The notes under the pieces were generated by a model. It had not been told where the DNA came from and searched no databases. It saw only the letters and a list, made by a program, of their open reading frames with translations. Below, piece by piece: positions 37,765-47,101 of a stretch of 64,000 nucleotides of DNA; the first letter of the stretch is position 1, and each line of letters begins with the position of its first letter. Both the position numbers and the translations under genes were made by a program. This stretch comes from Promethearchaeota archaeon (GTDB taxonomy: Archaea; Asgardarchaeota; Thorarchaeia; Thorarchaeales; Thorarchaeaceae), in the NCBI GenBank assembly GCA_048939765.1, contig JBHLPF010000006.1:1-64000 (forward strand). Reading direction: 5' to 3'.

Positions 37765-38411
37765 AAACCTAGGGATTCAATAAGGGCTTCTATTCCCTCA
37801 CCGGTCGCTGAGCTGATCTTGAGGACTGGGATGTTTGCGTCAACCTCCCGCACATCATCTTCGAGAGCGCCTACATCGAAACCAATAGCTTCGGCGAGAT
37901 CGACCTTGTTGATGACAACCATATCAGCTCTCTTTATTGTGAGTGGATGTTTCCGCACCATATAGGGACCCTCAGTCACACTCACAACGACTATCTTCTT
38001 GTCTACTCCCAGCGAATATCCTGCAGGACAGATGAGGTTTCCAACATTCTCGATGAAAATGAGTTCATATTTAGACAGATCGATGTCTTTCAGAGCAACT
38101 CGAAGCATCCTTGCATCTAAGTGACACGCAGTCCCCGTGTTTATCTGAACCGTATCAACCCCGTGAGAGGCGACACGGTCTGCATCTATTGTTGTTGCGA
38201 GATCACCAGCTACCATTAGGATTTGATACCTGTCGCGTAGTTTCTCGCAGAGTGCTTCAATGAGCTGTGTCTTGCCAGTACCAACGGACCCCATAATGTC
38301 AACAGATTTGATTCCATTTTGTCTGAATAAATCAGCGTTGTGAGACGCAGCCTCTTCGTTTGCTCCAAAGAGATCTGTTCCGATGTCTATTGTAATTGTG
38401 CGGTCCGTCAT
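37761..38411 (-). CDS. hypB: Hydrogenase nickel-insertion GTPase HypB
   Basis: GSVGTGKT, INTGTACHLDA, ENVGNLICP, SVTEG, NKVD. Confidence 0.95.
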   Translation of the reverse strand: MTDRTITIDIGTDLFGANEEAASHNADLFRQNGIKSVDIMGSVGTGKTQLIEALCEKLRDRYQILMVAGDLATTIDADRVASHGVDTVQINTGTACHLDARMLRVALKDIDLSKYELIFIENVGNLICPAGYSLGVDKKIVVVSVTEGPYMVRKHPLTIKRADMVVINKVDLAEAIGFDVGALEDDVREVDANIPVLKISSATGEGIEALIESLGF

Positions 38412-38423
38412 TTCCTCTCCTTC

Positions 38424-38978
38424 TTATTGCGTGATCTCTTGGAATTCATCATCCGGATATAGATATTGACCAATAATTGGTCGGATTACAATCCGCTCTA
38501 ACAGTAAGGCAACAAATGCCCATAGAAACGCCTGAAGCATATCAATTGCAGCATAGAGGACTGTGAGTTCTATTGATTCCGTAAATGCTGCGAAGATGGT
38601 CATGCTAGGGATGAAGCCTCCGATGATTCCTCCTCCGAGGACAACCATTGCAATGTAGAGCAGAGTGTCCCTATCAGCCCTAACATGAATTGCATACCCA
38701 GTTCCTATCCCCAGGCAGATATTGCCAATCATGGGCAGCAACGGTGGTTCTCCTCCACCTATGGCACCTCCAAGACCGACTATTGCACCGACCAATGCCC
38801 CGCCCGGTAGACCACCAATGACTCCCCCAAGTTCTGAGAACAGGAACCCAGGCGTTAAATCAAGCAGGCCAGGTATCACCGGAATTCGTACAAACATACG
38901 AACCACAATGCCCACGGCTGCTAGCATGGCTAGAGTTGTCAAAGCTGCCGTGTTCTTCTGCAGAGGAATCTTGCCCAT
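38424..38978 (-). CDS. ECF transporter S-component-like membrane protein
   Basis: AMLAAV, RIPVIPG, GGLPGGALVG; about six TM segments; the ORF track extends to 39062, overlapping the upstream gene. Confidence 0.7.
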   Translation of the reverse strand: MGKIPLQKNTAALTTLAMLAAVGIVVRMFVRIPVIPGLLDLTPGFLFSELGGVIGGLPGGALVGAIVGLGGAIGGGEPPLLPMIGNICLGIGTGYAIHVRADRDTLLYIAMVVLGGGIIGGFIPSMTIFAAFTESIELTVLYAAIDMLQAFLWAFVALLLERIVIRPIIGQYLYPDDEFQEITQ

Positions 38979-39004
38979 TTCACTATACCTCAAGACACCA
39001 TGGC

Positions 39005-39382
39005 TCAGGTAAGCTGGTCGCCCCATGGTTCCAACAAGAATCTTCTGGTTTCTTGGTACCATCGGTCAAGTCGAGCAAGAATCTCCCCCCTAACCGACTC
39101 TGTAGAAATAGCCCTGTACACATGATAAAACCCCCCACGCTCAAATGTCTGTTCGCTCATGTCCACTAGACCCTTATCCTTTAGGTTGGTCAACACACGT
39201 TGAACAGTACTACGGTCTCTATCAATTCGTGCAGCAATCTCTTTGACGGTCTTTGGACCAGTGATAAGTGAGAAGTAGACATCTATCTCTGTGTCCCTCA
39301 ATCCGAAAGCACAGCATAGAAGATCCGACGGCTTTTCGAAGCTCTTACTGAATAAGTCTGCCAGGAGGGCCTTGGAAGTCAT
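39005..39382 (-). CDS. TrmB-like winged-helix regulator
   Basis: CAFGL..TEIDVY, TVKEIA..DRSTVQRVL..L..KGLV. Confidence 0.85.
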   Translation of the reverse strand: MTSKALLADLFSKSFEKPSDLLCCAFGLRDTEIDVYFSLITGPKTVKEIAARIDRDRSTVQRVLTNLKDKGLVDMSEQTFERGGFYHVYRAISTESVRGEILARLDRWYQETRRFLLEPWGDQLT

Positions 39383-39515
39383 TTCTTTTCCTCATTTCTT
39401 TTCCTAAGTTCTTTTCTTTAAAGAGTTGTGCAATGTCGTGCACAATCGAATATTCCGGCATAATACTTCGGTTCAAAAGAATCAGATATCTCATACAGGG
39501 TGGAGCTGACACACA

Positions 39516-39989
39516 ATGGACTTCAGCACACTGAAAGAAGACCGAAATTTGGACCCTTGGAGAAGAAACGAGCAAGAGCCAAGACAACTCCAACCTATCA
39601 ATTTGGCACCGCTAAAAGGAATCATCGAGTCAGATGCTGTGAGGTCCAAAGTGCTTAGAGTCTTGATTGAAGATGGCACTTGGGTTTCCACCGCAGATCT
39701 ATTGAGGGCAGCCAGACAAGAGAGAGCGATTGTGGGGGCGGTTACAATCGGAACGATATTGAAGGGAATGAATGATTTGGTCAGCTCAAAACTCATTCTT
39801 AGTCGAACGTCCTTGGCATCAGGTATTGACTGGGCTGAATGGAGAATAAACCCAGATTGGCTAAGGCCCACGAGGAAGCTGCTACAAATGCTTAGCAGGC
39901 CTAGGTTTGAAAGGGCAATTCGAAAGACTCCGACCGAAGATAGACAATCACGTCTAGAAGAGTTCACCACTGAGGCTACTCAGGAGTGA
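39516..39989 (+). CDS. Hypothetical winged-helix-like protein
   Basis: 157-aa ORF; VRSKVLRVL..VSTADLL..EWRINP pattern. Confidence 0.65.
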   Translation: MDFSTLKEDRNLDPWRRNEQEPRQLQPINLAPLKGIIESDAVRSKVLRVLIEDGTWVSTADLLRAARQERAIVGAVTIGTILKGMNDLVSSKLILSRTSLASGIDWAEWRINPDWLRPTRKLLQMLSRPRFERAIRKTPTEDRQSRLEEFTTEATQE

Positions 39990-40003
39990 GTAGCTTATGT
40001 TGA

Positions 40004-40693
40004 GTGAGTAGACTTATTAGGAGTTCAAGTACGCAAGAGCACATGCAAGATCCATCAGGAAAGGAGGCAGATGCTGCTATGGCCTCTCCCGAGCGAGCAC
40101 ATGATGATCAGGACTGGCATCTCTCAGAAGTGTCACGAACTAGTGAGAACGTCAAGAAAGTAGCCCTGGCAGGGATCATGGCATCTCTCTCACTGGCCAC
40201 ATCTCCCATTGCCTCAGTGATTCCGAGGATTCCCGGATGGGATATTGCGCTTTTCGATCCCGTTTCATTCTTCTGGATTATAGCATTCCTTGTGGGTGGA
40301 ATCTGGGTCGGCATGATCAGTGTGACTGCTGGAACCTTTGGCTTGTTCTTCTTCGATCCTTCAGGCGTTGGACCCATATTCAAGTTAATGGCCACTCTGC
40401 CTATGATTGTCATTCCTTGGCTAATTGTTAGATTTCGGGGGCAAGGAGGACTGCGTCTAGCTGCTCCAACGCTATTCATAAGTGCAATGACCATTGCCAC
40501 TCTTGTAAGACTGCTCATAATGGTCCCGACAAATCTGGTCATGGTACCTATGCTATATGGGCCAGTATGGACTGCCGAGTTTATTGTGACATATGCATTG
40601 ATTCTCAATCTATCTCAGAGTCTATGGGACAGTTTGATTCCGTATGTTACAGTTTATCTAAGCCCAATATTCGAACGGTTTGGCATGTGGTAA
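40004..40693 (+). CDS. ECF transporter S-component-like membrane protein
   Basis: ALAGIMASL, FDPVS, GPIFK, ILNL; about six TM segments. Confidence 0.7.
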   Translation: MSRLIRSSSTQEHMQDPSGKEADAAMASPERAHDDQDWHLSEVSRTSENVKKVALAGIMASLSLATSPIASVIPRIPGWDIALFDPVSFFWIIAFLVGGIWVGMISVTAGTFGLFFFDPSGVGPIFKLMATLPMIVIPWLIVRFRGQGGLRLAAPTLFISAMTIATLVRLLIMVPTNLVMVPMLYGPVWTAEFIVTYALILNLSQSLWDSLIPYVTVYLSPIFERFGMW

Positions 40694-40792
40694 GTCCCCA
40701 CAGGTGAAGTCGTGGCACGGAGGGGACCCTAGAAACCGCTATATGCGGAAGTCCGTAGAATAATCAGACCAGCCACCATAGGATGATCTACA

Positions 40793-41605
40793 ATGCGGCG
40801 ATGCGAGTTTTGTGATAGCCCTGTCCCAGCTGATGCTACAGTCTGCCCGGTATGCAAAGAGGAAATTGCTGCGGAGACCCTTGAGAGAATTTTGCCAATG
40901 CTCAAGAGACCTGATGCACCAGATGTGAGGGAGATGGGTATTAGGGACAGACTATGGGGAGTGATTCGACGTCCAGCCGCAGCCTACCGTGATATCGGAA
41001 GAAGACCTGATGCCGCGGGTCCCATGCTTGTCATAATAGCCAATGCACTTGTCCTCTTTGGCTTCTTTTTGGCCATATCATCGAAATTCACAGTCACTGT
41101 CACCGTCAACACGACCTCGGGACAGACTGCTGATGTCAGTGTATTGAGCAGCCACCTGGCGCCACAGGTAATACTCGCTGGAGTAGCGACAATTGTTCCC
41201 TACATGATGCTTGGCATGTTCTACTTGATCATCGGTGGAGCTTTCGCCCATCTTGCCTTTAGAATCACTGGAGGTTCTGGGAACAAGCGAAAGTCAGTGG
41301 CAATCGTTGGATACAGTATGCTTCCTGTCGTACTCATTCGAATAGCTGCTATCTTCGTCATCCTGACAACTCTACCCACTTTTGATGCGAATCTGGCCTC
41401 ACGGTACGGGCAGATTGTCGACGCCATTTTCACGTCCCCCAGTTGGGAGATCATTGACCTAATGACAGTTGGAGCGTTCTTCTGGACAGGATTCTTGCTA
41501 ATATTTGGAATAAGAGAGGCACATGACACCTCCACGATGTGGGCCGCACTTATGTCGCTAGCCTGCATGATAGTCCTGATATGGACATTCTGGCAAGTCC
41601 ACTAG
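40793..41605 (+). CDS. Yip1-domain membrane protein with N-terminal Zn ribbon
   Basis: CEFC..CPVC; IRRPAAAY, GGSG..IVGYSMLP; five TM segments. Confidence 0.8.
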   Translation: MRRCEFCDSPVPADATVCPVCKEEIAAETLERILPMLKRPDAPDVREMGIRDRLWGVIRRPAAAYRDIGRRPDAAGPMLVIIANALVLFGFFLAISSKFTVTVTVNTTSGQTADVSVLSSHLAPQVILAGVATIVPYMMLGMFYLIIGGAFAHLAFRITGGSGNKRKSVAIVGYSMLPVVLIRIAAIFVILTTLPTFDANLASRYGQIVDAIFTSPSWEIIDLMTVGAFFWTGFLLIFGIREAHDTSTMWAALMSLACMIVLIWTFWQVH

Positions 41606-42540
41606 ATGGGTAGTCCATACAAGGGAATGATTACGAAGGCTATCAGTCCCACAAGAGCACCAATCTTATCGAGTGTGCTTCCTATCAACAGACGCTTCTT
41701 GTCATCAGGTCCGGTTAGTGGTGTAATAGCAGCACCCAATACGATTATGGAGCCAAGCATGAGTAGAGGCCAGAGGTCCCAGCTGGCGAAGTCTAGAATC
41801 CAGACTAGAGAATAACACGCCACACCAATGAAGTTGAGAAGCGCAGCAACTCCGGCTGCTGCGTTGTATCCATATACTCTAGCGATTGTCCGTACATCCC
41901 TAATTCGGTCGCCCTCAACATCTTCAGCACCCTTTATTGTTTCCCGTGCTTGAAGAATCATGAACGCAGTGAGGAAGAATAGCCATGAGGGAATAGGAAC
42001 CACATAGCTCATTGTCTGTTCTACATAAACGAAAGATCCGTACAGAACACCGAACGCGAAGGAAAAAGCAACCATGAAATTACCGGCTAGACCCCATGTC
42101 TTGACCCTCGCAGCATATGCATATCCAATGACAATAAAGGCTAACACAATCAAGGTACTCCACGGACCTGTTAAGAAACCAAACAACAAGCCAATTGCAC
42201 TCAGACCTGCAACGTAGAACCATGCCTGCCTGATGGTCATCCTGCCGCTAGGGAGAGCACGATGTGGACGATTGATTCTATCAATCTCAATGTCATAGAT
42301 GTCATTGACAACATTGGATCCAGCAGCAATTGTGAAGTACGTGATATATGCGAACGCAAGAATATTGAGAGTATTAAATAGGTTAAGGACTGGATCTTGT
42401 TTGTAACCCATTAAGAAACCAGCAATAACTGTAAGGGACCCAATGAAGCAATTTTGCGGCCTAATGATAGAAAGGAATGCGACTGGGTCAATCTTCCGGT
42501 CTGAGGATGGTGTTTCTGGTCCATTAGGGGTATCCGTCAT
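41602..42540 (-). CDS. UbiA-family prenyltransferase (DGGGP synthase-like)
   Basis: IIRPQN, NDIYDIEIDRINRPHRALPSG, RETIKGAEDVEGD. Confidence 0.9.
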   Translation of the reverse strand: MTDTPNGPETPSSDRKIDPVAFLSIIRPQNCFIGSLTVIAGFLMGYKQDPVLNLFNTLNILAFAYITYFTIAAGSNVVNDIYDIEIDRINRPHRALPSGRMTIRQAWFYVAGLSAIGLLFGFLTGPWSTLIVLAFIVIGYAYAARVKTWGLAGNFMVAFSFAFGVLYGSFVYVEQTMSYVVPIPSWLFFLTAFMILQARETIKGAEDVEGDRIRDVRTIARVYGYNAAAGVAALLNFIGVACYSLVWILDFASWDLWPLLMLGSIIVLGAAITPLTGPDDKKRLLIGSTLDKIGALVGLIAFVIIPLYGLPI

Positions 42541-42665
42541 TTCTAATTCTCCCGCTCAATGCTCCGGGGAGGACTTGGGATTAAAGACTTCCGCTGAGTC
42601 CAGTACGGACCTAATCACTCATATGAGAGAATTGACAGGGAAACCATGGTACCTCATCACCTTGG

Positions 42666-43526
42666 ATGTATATGAGTGGAGGAATGACGCTCCTGATAGA
42701 TATCAGATTCGGACCAGCGGGCTATCCTTCTGCCGCGAAGGGGAGTGTATCACGCGTCTTCTCACTTCTAAAAGAGGTCAACCTTAATGCCTTGGAATAT
42801 GCGGCTGTTTACGGTTTACGAATGGGTCCTGAAAAAGCTGAGAGGATTGGTCATCTTGCTAAAGAGTCAGGGATTTCAATGAGCATGCATGCAGCGTATT
42901 ACATCAGTCTGCTGTCCAAGCAACAAGACGTCAGAGAACGGTCAAAAGGAAGGCTAGTGAAGGCACTTCAATTTGCGGCGCTGATGCAAGCGAAGAGAAT
43001 CATCTTTCATCCTGGGGGATATAGCGGACTTTCTCAGCAAGAAGCCTATGCCGTTGTCAGGGATGCTGTTGAAGAGGTCTGGGAGAAAGCGGGACATCTA
43101 GGAGACGGAGCGATTCTTATGGTCGAAACTGCAGGCAAGAAAGGTGCATTTGGATCCGTCGATGAGCTGATTAGATTGTGCCAAGATGTGGATGGTTGTC
43201 TTCCTGTAATCGATTGGGCACATCTCTATGCACGGAGTATGGGTAGAATCAATGATAATGAGAGCTACCTCGAGATAATTGGTAGATTCGAGGACCAGTT
43301 GGGAAATCGCTTTGTTGATAACATGCACTTCCATGTAAGCGGAATCACCTATACAAAGAGAGGGGAGAAGTCACACAGACCCCTTGGCGGAGAGTGGGGG
43401 CCCGACATACTGCCATTAATGCAAATAGTGAAAGATGTGGGTTATACCCCCACCTTCATATCCGAAACACCCAACTCTCTCGAAGGCGCTCTATATACAA
43501 AAAATCTCTACGAAGCTCTGGAGTAA
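42666..43526 (+). CDS. nfo: Endonuclease IV (AP endonuclease family 2)
   Basis: RFGPAG, SMHAAYYISL, FHPG, ETAGK, IDWAHLYAR, HFHVSGI. Confidence 0.9.
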   Translation: MYMSGGMTLLIDIRFGPAGYPSAAKGSVSRVFSLLKEVNLNALEYAAVYGLRMGPEKAERIGHLAKESGISMSMHAAYYISLLSKQQDVRERSKGRLVKALQFAALMQAKRIIFHPGGYSGLSQQEAYAVVRDAVEEVWEKAGHLGDGAILMVETAGKKGAFGSVDELIRLCQDVDGCLPVIDWAHLYARSMGRINDNESYLEIIGRFEDQLGNRFVDNMHFHVSGITYTKRGEKSHRPLGGEWGPDILPLMQIVKDVGYTPTFISETPNSLEGALYTKNLYEALE

Positions 43527-43533
43527 CGCATCG

Positions 43534-44877
43534 ATGACTGATTATGCATTTGTCCTTGGGAAGAATTGGCTGCTTAGCCTTGCCGAGCTAGTCGTCTATA
43601 TTCGAGATAGAGGCCTTGCTGATGGTGTGAAGGACTACTCGAGGACAGCAGCTATTGTGGAGATAGAGGAAAATCTGGATGACGAGCAGTTGGTCGAGAT
43701 CCAGAGTGCACTCGGCGGTTGTTTCAAGGTTGGCCGAGTTGCATCCGCATATGACCGGTCACTTGTCGAGGGTGCCTTTCCAGCAAGAGGGAAAATAGAC
43801 AAAGAGGCACGAAGAACGTTTCAAGAAGCTCCGTGGACTGACCGCGTCTGGAGCAACCTGAAAGGTGGCAAGGTCAAATTTGGTGTCAGTACATATCCAA
43901 TGCTGGGGAAACAGACCACCATTGACCTTAGGAAATTCACTCTTGGACTTGATGAATGGACCAAGAAACGCATTCTGGAACTTGGTGCGAATAAAGCAGT
44001 TTACTACGTCTATGATGGGCCCGACAAGAGAGATGCGCGTCGACCAAATGTAGCGCTTTGGCCTCAGAGTATCGGTCGACATGGTCTTTTGAGTCCGCCA
44101 AACGCCGAGTTGCTCGCTCTTCTAATGGAGGACACATTGTATATTGCTAAGACGGTGGCAGTCTATGACTCAACGCTTCAGAAATACAGAGACGAAACTA
44201 GACCCTTCATGTCAGCAGAGATTAGCACTAGTCCCAAGATCTGCAGAACTCTCCTCACGTTATCCGGTGCGAGACCCGGAGATACTGTGCTTGATCCATT
44301 CTGCGGAACTGGAACGCTGCTCATGGAAGCTGCAATGCTTGGCATGAAATGCGTGGGTATTGATATCGAGCAGTCAATGGTGCAGGGAGCTAGCCAGAAT
44401 CTGAAGTGGTTGGGGGCGGGTCTCGGAGAATGGTTAGACTTCAAGCTCATCAAGGGCGATGCACGTAATGTTTCGAAGCTTGTTGAAGGACAAGTTGATG
44501 CAGTGGCATTTGAACCACACCTTGGGCCGACATACTCCGAACCTCCTAGATATGAAGAGGCGGCTAGCAACATGGAGGACCTCTCGGTGCTGTACCGTGA
44601 TGTTCTGCAGAGTCTTGAGTCATGCATAAGACCAGGAGGAAGAATTGCAATGACTTTGCCTGTTGTAAACACAACTGAGAAGCAGGTTTCAATAGATCTT
44701 GAGTCTATGTTGGAGGATACAGGATTTGTGGTCTTCAAGCTCCTTCCTGAAGATGCCTTCACAGAAGCAAGACTAAAACACAAACAGCTACAGGTAATCC
44801 CTGAACGCAGTACTCTCCCTGAGAGAAAGAGAGGGCAGATTGTAGAACGAAATGTTGTGATGCTGGGTAAGGCTTAG
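43534..44877 (+). CDS. Trm11/TrmG10-like tRNA methyltransferase
   Basis: LSLAEL N-terminus, SPKICR, VLDPFCGTGT, FEPHLG; ATG at 43534 follows the nfo stop. Confidence 0.8.
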   Translation: MTDYAFVLGKNWLLSLAELVVYIRDRGLADGVKDYSRTAAIVEIEENLDDEQLVEIQSALGGCFKVGRVASAYDRSLVEGAFPARGKIDKEARRTFQEAPWTDRVWSNLKGGKVKFGVSTYPMLGKQTTIDLRKFTLGLDEWTKKRILELGANKAVYYVYDGPDKRDARRPNVALWPQSIGRHGLLSPPNAELLALLMEDTLYIAKTVAVYDSTLQKYRDETRPFMSAEISTSPKICRTLLTLSGARPGDTVLDPFCGTGTLLMEAAMLGMKCVGIDIEQSMVQGASQNLKWLGAGLGEWLDFKLIKGDARNVSKLVEGQVDAVAFEPHLGPTYSEPPRYEEAASNMEDLSVLYRDVLQSLESCIRPGGRIAMTLPVVNTTEKQVSIDLESMLEDTGFVVFKLLPEDAFTEARLKHKQLQVIPERSTLPERKRGQIVERNVVMLGKA

Positions 44878-45707
44878 AACAGATGCCGAATCACGTCATC
44901 CAAAATGGCATATGTCTGAAGACGCTCGACATCTGACTTAACGTACGGCATTGCATGTTTGAATAGCATTGTCTGGTAGGCTTTCTTTGAAACGGTCTCC
45001 TTAACCACTTGACTCAATATCTTCAATATCTCTTCCAGGGCGACTCTTAGCTCCTTGTAGGGTGCAGTATTGACATCAATGTTGAGGACCTCAATGCCCG
45101 CTGAGTCGACGGTCACTACATCCAAGAAATCATAGAATGCTTTGATAGGCTTGAACGACTTCTTGATGCGCTTAACAAGCTCCCGCCGTGTTTCCTTATC
45201 TGTCCTGACTCTCATAATCGCTCTGAATAGGTGACTGTAGACAGCCAGGCAGTCCATCGATTTTCCAGCAACGAGGCTCTCGTCAGTGACCTCATATTGG
45301 CTCACTAGCTCATCAATAAAGCTCCCAAACTTCCTGAATTGACTAGGTCTTCCATGCCACTGTTTCAGCATTGTTTCAATGGTGTTTCCATCGGGAATCT
45401 GATTCTTCATGAACTCGTTCAATGCATATTCAAGAATGAAGCGCATATGACTGACCCGGGCGCTCTTGGATACGACCATGACGAAGAGAAGATAGTCATT
45501 AGCCTCCCAGATGTAACGATTTGTATCTGTATCGATCGTCTTGAGACTCTCTTGGGATGCCTTGTCTATGAATGTATGAGTCGCTGAAAGAAAAGGTGCA
45601 ATCAGATCCATGTCGATCTCAATATTGGCATACGCTTTACTGACGAGGGGCCTACCGCTACCTCGTTCAATCAACCATATGCCTTGAACAGACCTCTTGT
45701 TCGACAT
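44874..45707 (-). CDS. Longin-like domain protein
   Basis: GIWLIERGSGRPLVSK..DMDLIAPFLSA..LLFVMV; helical C-terminal domain. Confidence 0.65.
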   Translation of the reverse strand: MSNKRSVQGIWLIERGSGRPLVSKAYANIEIDMDLIAPFLSATHTFIDKASQESLKTIDTDTNRYIWEANDYLLFVMVVSKSARVSHMRFILEYALNEFMKNQIPDGNTIETMLKQWHGRPSQFRKFGSFIDELVSQYEVTDESLVAGKSMDCLAVYSHLFRAIMRVRTDKETRRELVKRIKKSFKPIKAFYDFLDVVTVDSAGIEVLNIDVNTAPYKELRVALEEILKILSQVVKETVSKKAYQTMLFKHAMPYVKSDVERLQTYAILDDVIRHLF

Positions 45708-45854
45708 GGTTCAGTCAAGCTCCTAGCTAGGCATTTGCTGAGCTTAGAAATAAGCGTATGTCGGACGTGAATAATACACTGAAAAAGAACAAAAGGACAG
45801 GGTGTTGGACCCTGCCCATTCCTCTGCCTTCCAACTCTTTGACTGCGTTCTCCG

Positions 45855-46826
45855 TTAGGTTGTGGAAATCCCCAGCTTCTCAACCATTTCCTTGTATCTG
45901 TTTCGAACCGTTACTTCAGTCACTCGTGCAGTACGAGCGATTTCAAGCTGGGTCCGGCGTTGACCCGTGAGAATGCTGGCAACATATATCGCTGCAGCGG
46001 CCATTCCCTTTGGATCTTTACCAATGGTGAGTCGTTCCTCTCGGGCCATCTCAAGAATGTCTATAGCTTTCTTCTTGGCATCGCCCTCAAGTCCCAACTC
46101 AGTTCCAAATCGATGCACAAACTCCACTGGATTGCTGTGAGGAATCTTGAGATTCAGATACCTCAGAATCAGTCTGACGCACAGACTGAGTTCTTTTCTG
46201 GTGATATGTATCTGATCGCAGACCTCTTCCAACGGTCGAGGAACTTGATGCACCCTGCATGCAAGGTATAATGAAGCTGCAATCATCCCCAAAATCGTAC
46301 GCCCTCTCGTGAGACGCTTACGCAGTGCTTTTCGATAAATCACTGCAGAGGTCTCTCGTATCGAATAGGGAATGCTCAGCTGAGAGCTGATTCTATGAAG
46401 TTCTGTCATAGCAACCGCAAGGTTACGTTTGTCAGAAGAGTGCACTTTGGTGCGTATCTGCCACTTACGTAGTCTATGTATTTGAGCTCGTCTGGTCGAA
46501 GTCAATTTCCTTCCTGAAGCATCGACATTCTGGCGGCCAATTATTGTGGTGAGCCCTTGATCGAACTTACTCCAATCCGTTGGTCCGCCCACGCGCTGTC
46601 GAGCGTTCTGCTCATCAGCTGTGAATGCACGCCATTCTGGACCCATGTCAATGGATCTGTCAGAAAGAACGAGCCCACAATTTGAGCAGGTCACCTCTCC
46701 CCTCGTGCTATCAATATAGACTTCATCAGAAGAACATGTAGAGCAAACGTATCTAGCCGCACCAATCTTGCTTTCTCCGGATTTCTTGGTCTTCGCGTGT
46801 TTGCTGGCCAGTGCAATCATCTCCAT
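45855..46826 (-). CDS. tfb: Transcription initiation factor IIB (TFB)
   Basis: CSTC..GEVTCSNCGLV, GPEWRAF, RGR..AASLY, GKDP, VTEVTVRNRYKE. Confidence 0.96.
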   Translation of the reverse strand: MEMIALASKHAKTKKSGESKIGAARYVCSTCSSDEVYIDSTRGEVTCSNCGLVLSDRSIDMGPEWRAFTADEQNARQRVGGPTDWSKFDQGLTTIIGRQNVDASGRKLTSTRRAQIHRLRKWQIRTKVHSSDKRNLAVAMTELHRISSQLSIPYSIRETSAVIYRKALRKRLTRGRTILGMIAASLYLACRVHQVPRPLEEVCDQIHITRKELSLCVRLILRYLNLKIPHSNPVEFVHRFGTELGLEGDAKKKAIDILEMAREERLTIGKDPKGMAAAAIYVASILTGQRRTQLEIARTARVTEVTVRNRYKEMVEKLGISTT

Positions 46827-47101
46827 GCAAACCCTATCGGGGGAGTAGGGTTGCCATCAGAGCAATTGTTGATACCTGTGCGGTGTGCCCCAATCATGGC
46901 GTTGAAGGAGCACCTTTTCGGGACGCGGATATTCTCAGAGAGAACACCTATGCGCAGATATTAAATCATTATAAACCCTTTGTACGTTTTCGCGTAAGTT
47001 TAGTTGTATAATTGAATAAATTAAAGGCCAGTCCGGGTGTTGAAACAATCAATGACGAGTCATGATTTGATGTGAAACAATTGTGAAACAGCGTTTAGTT
47101 T

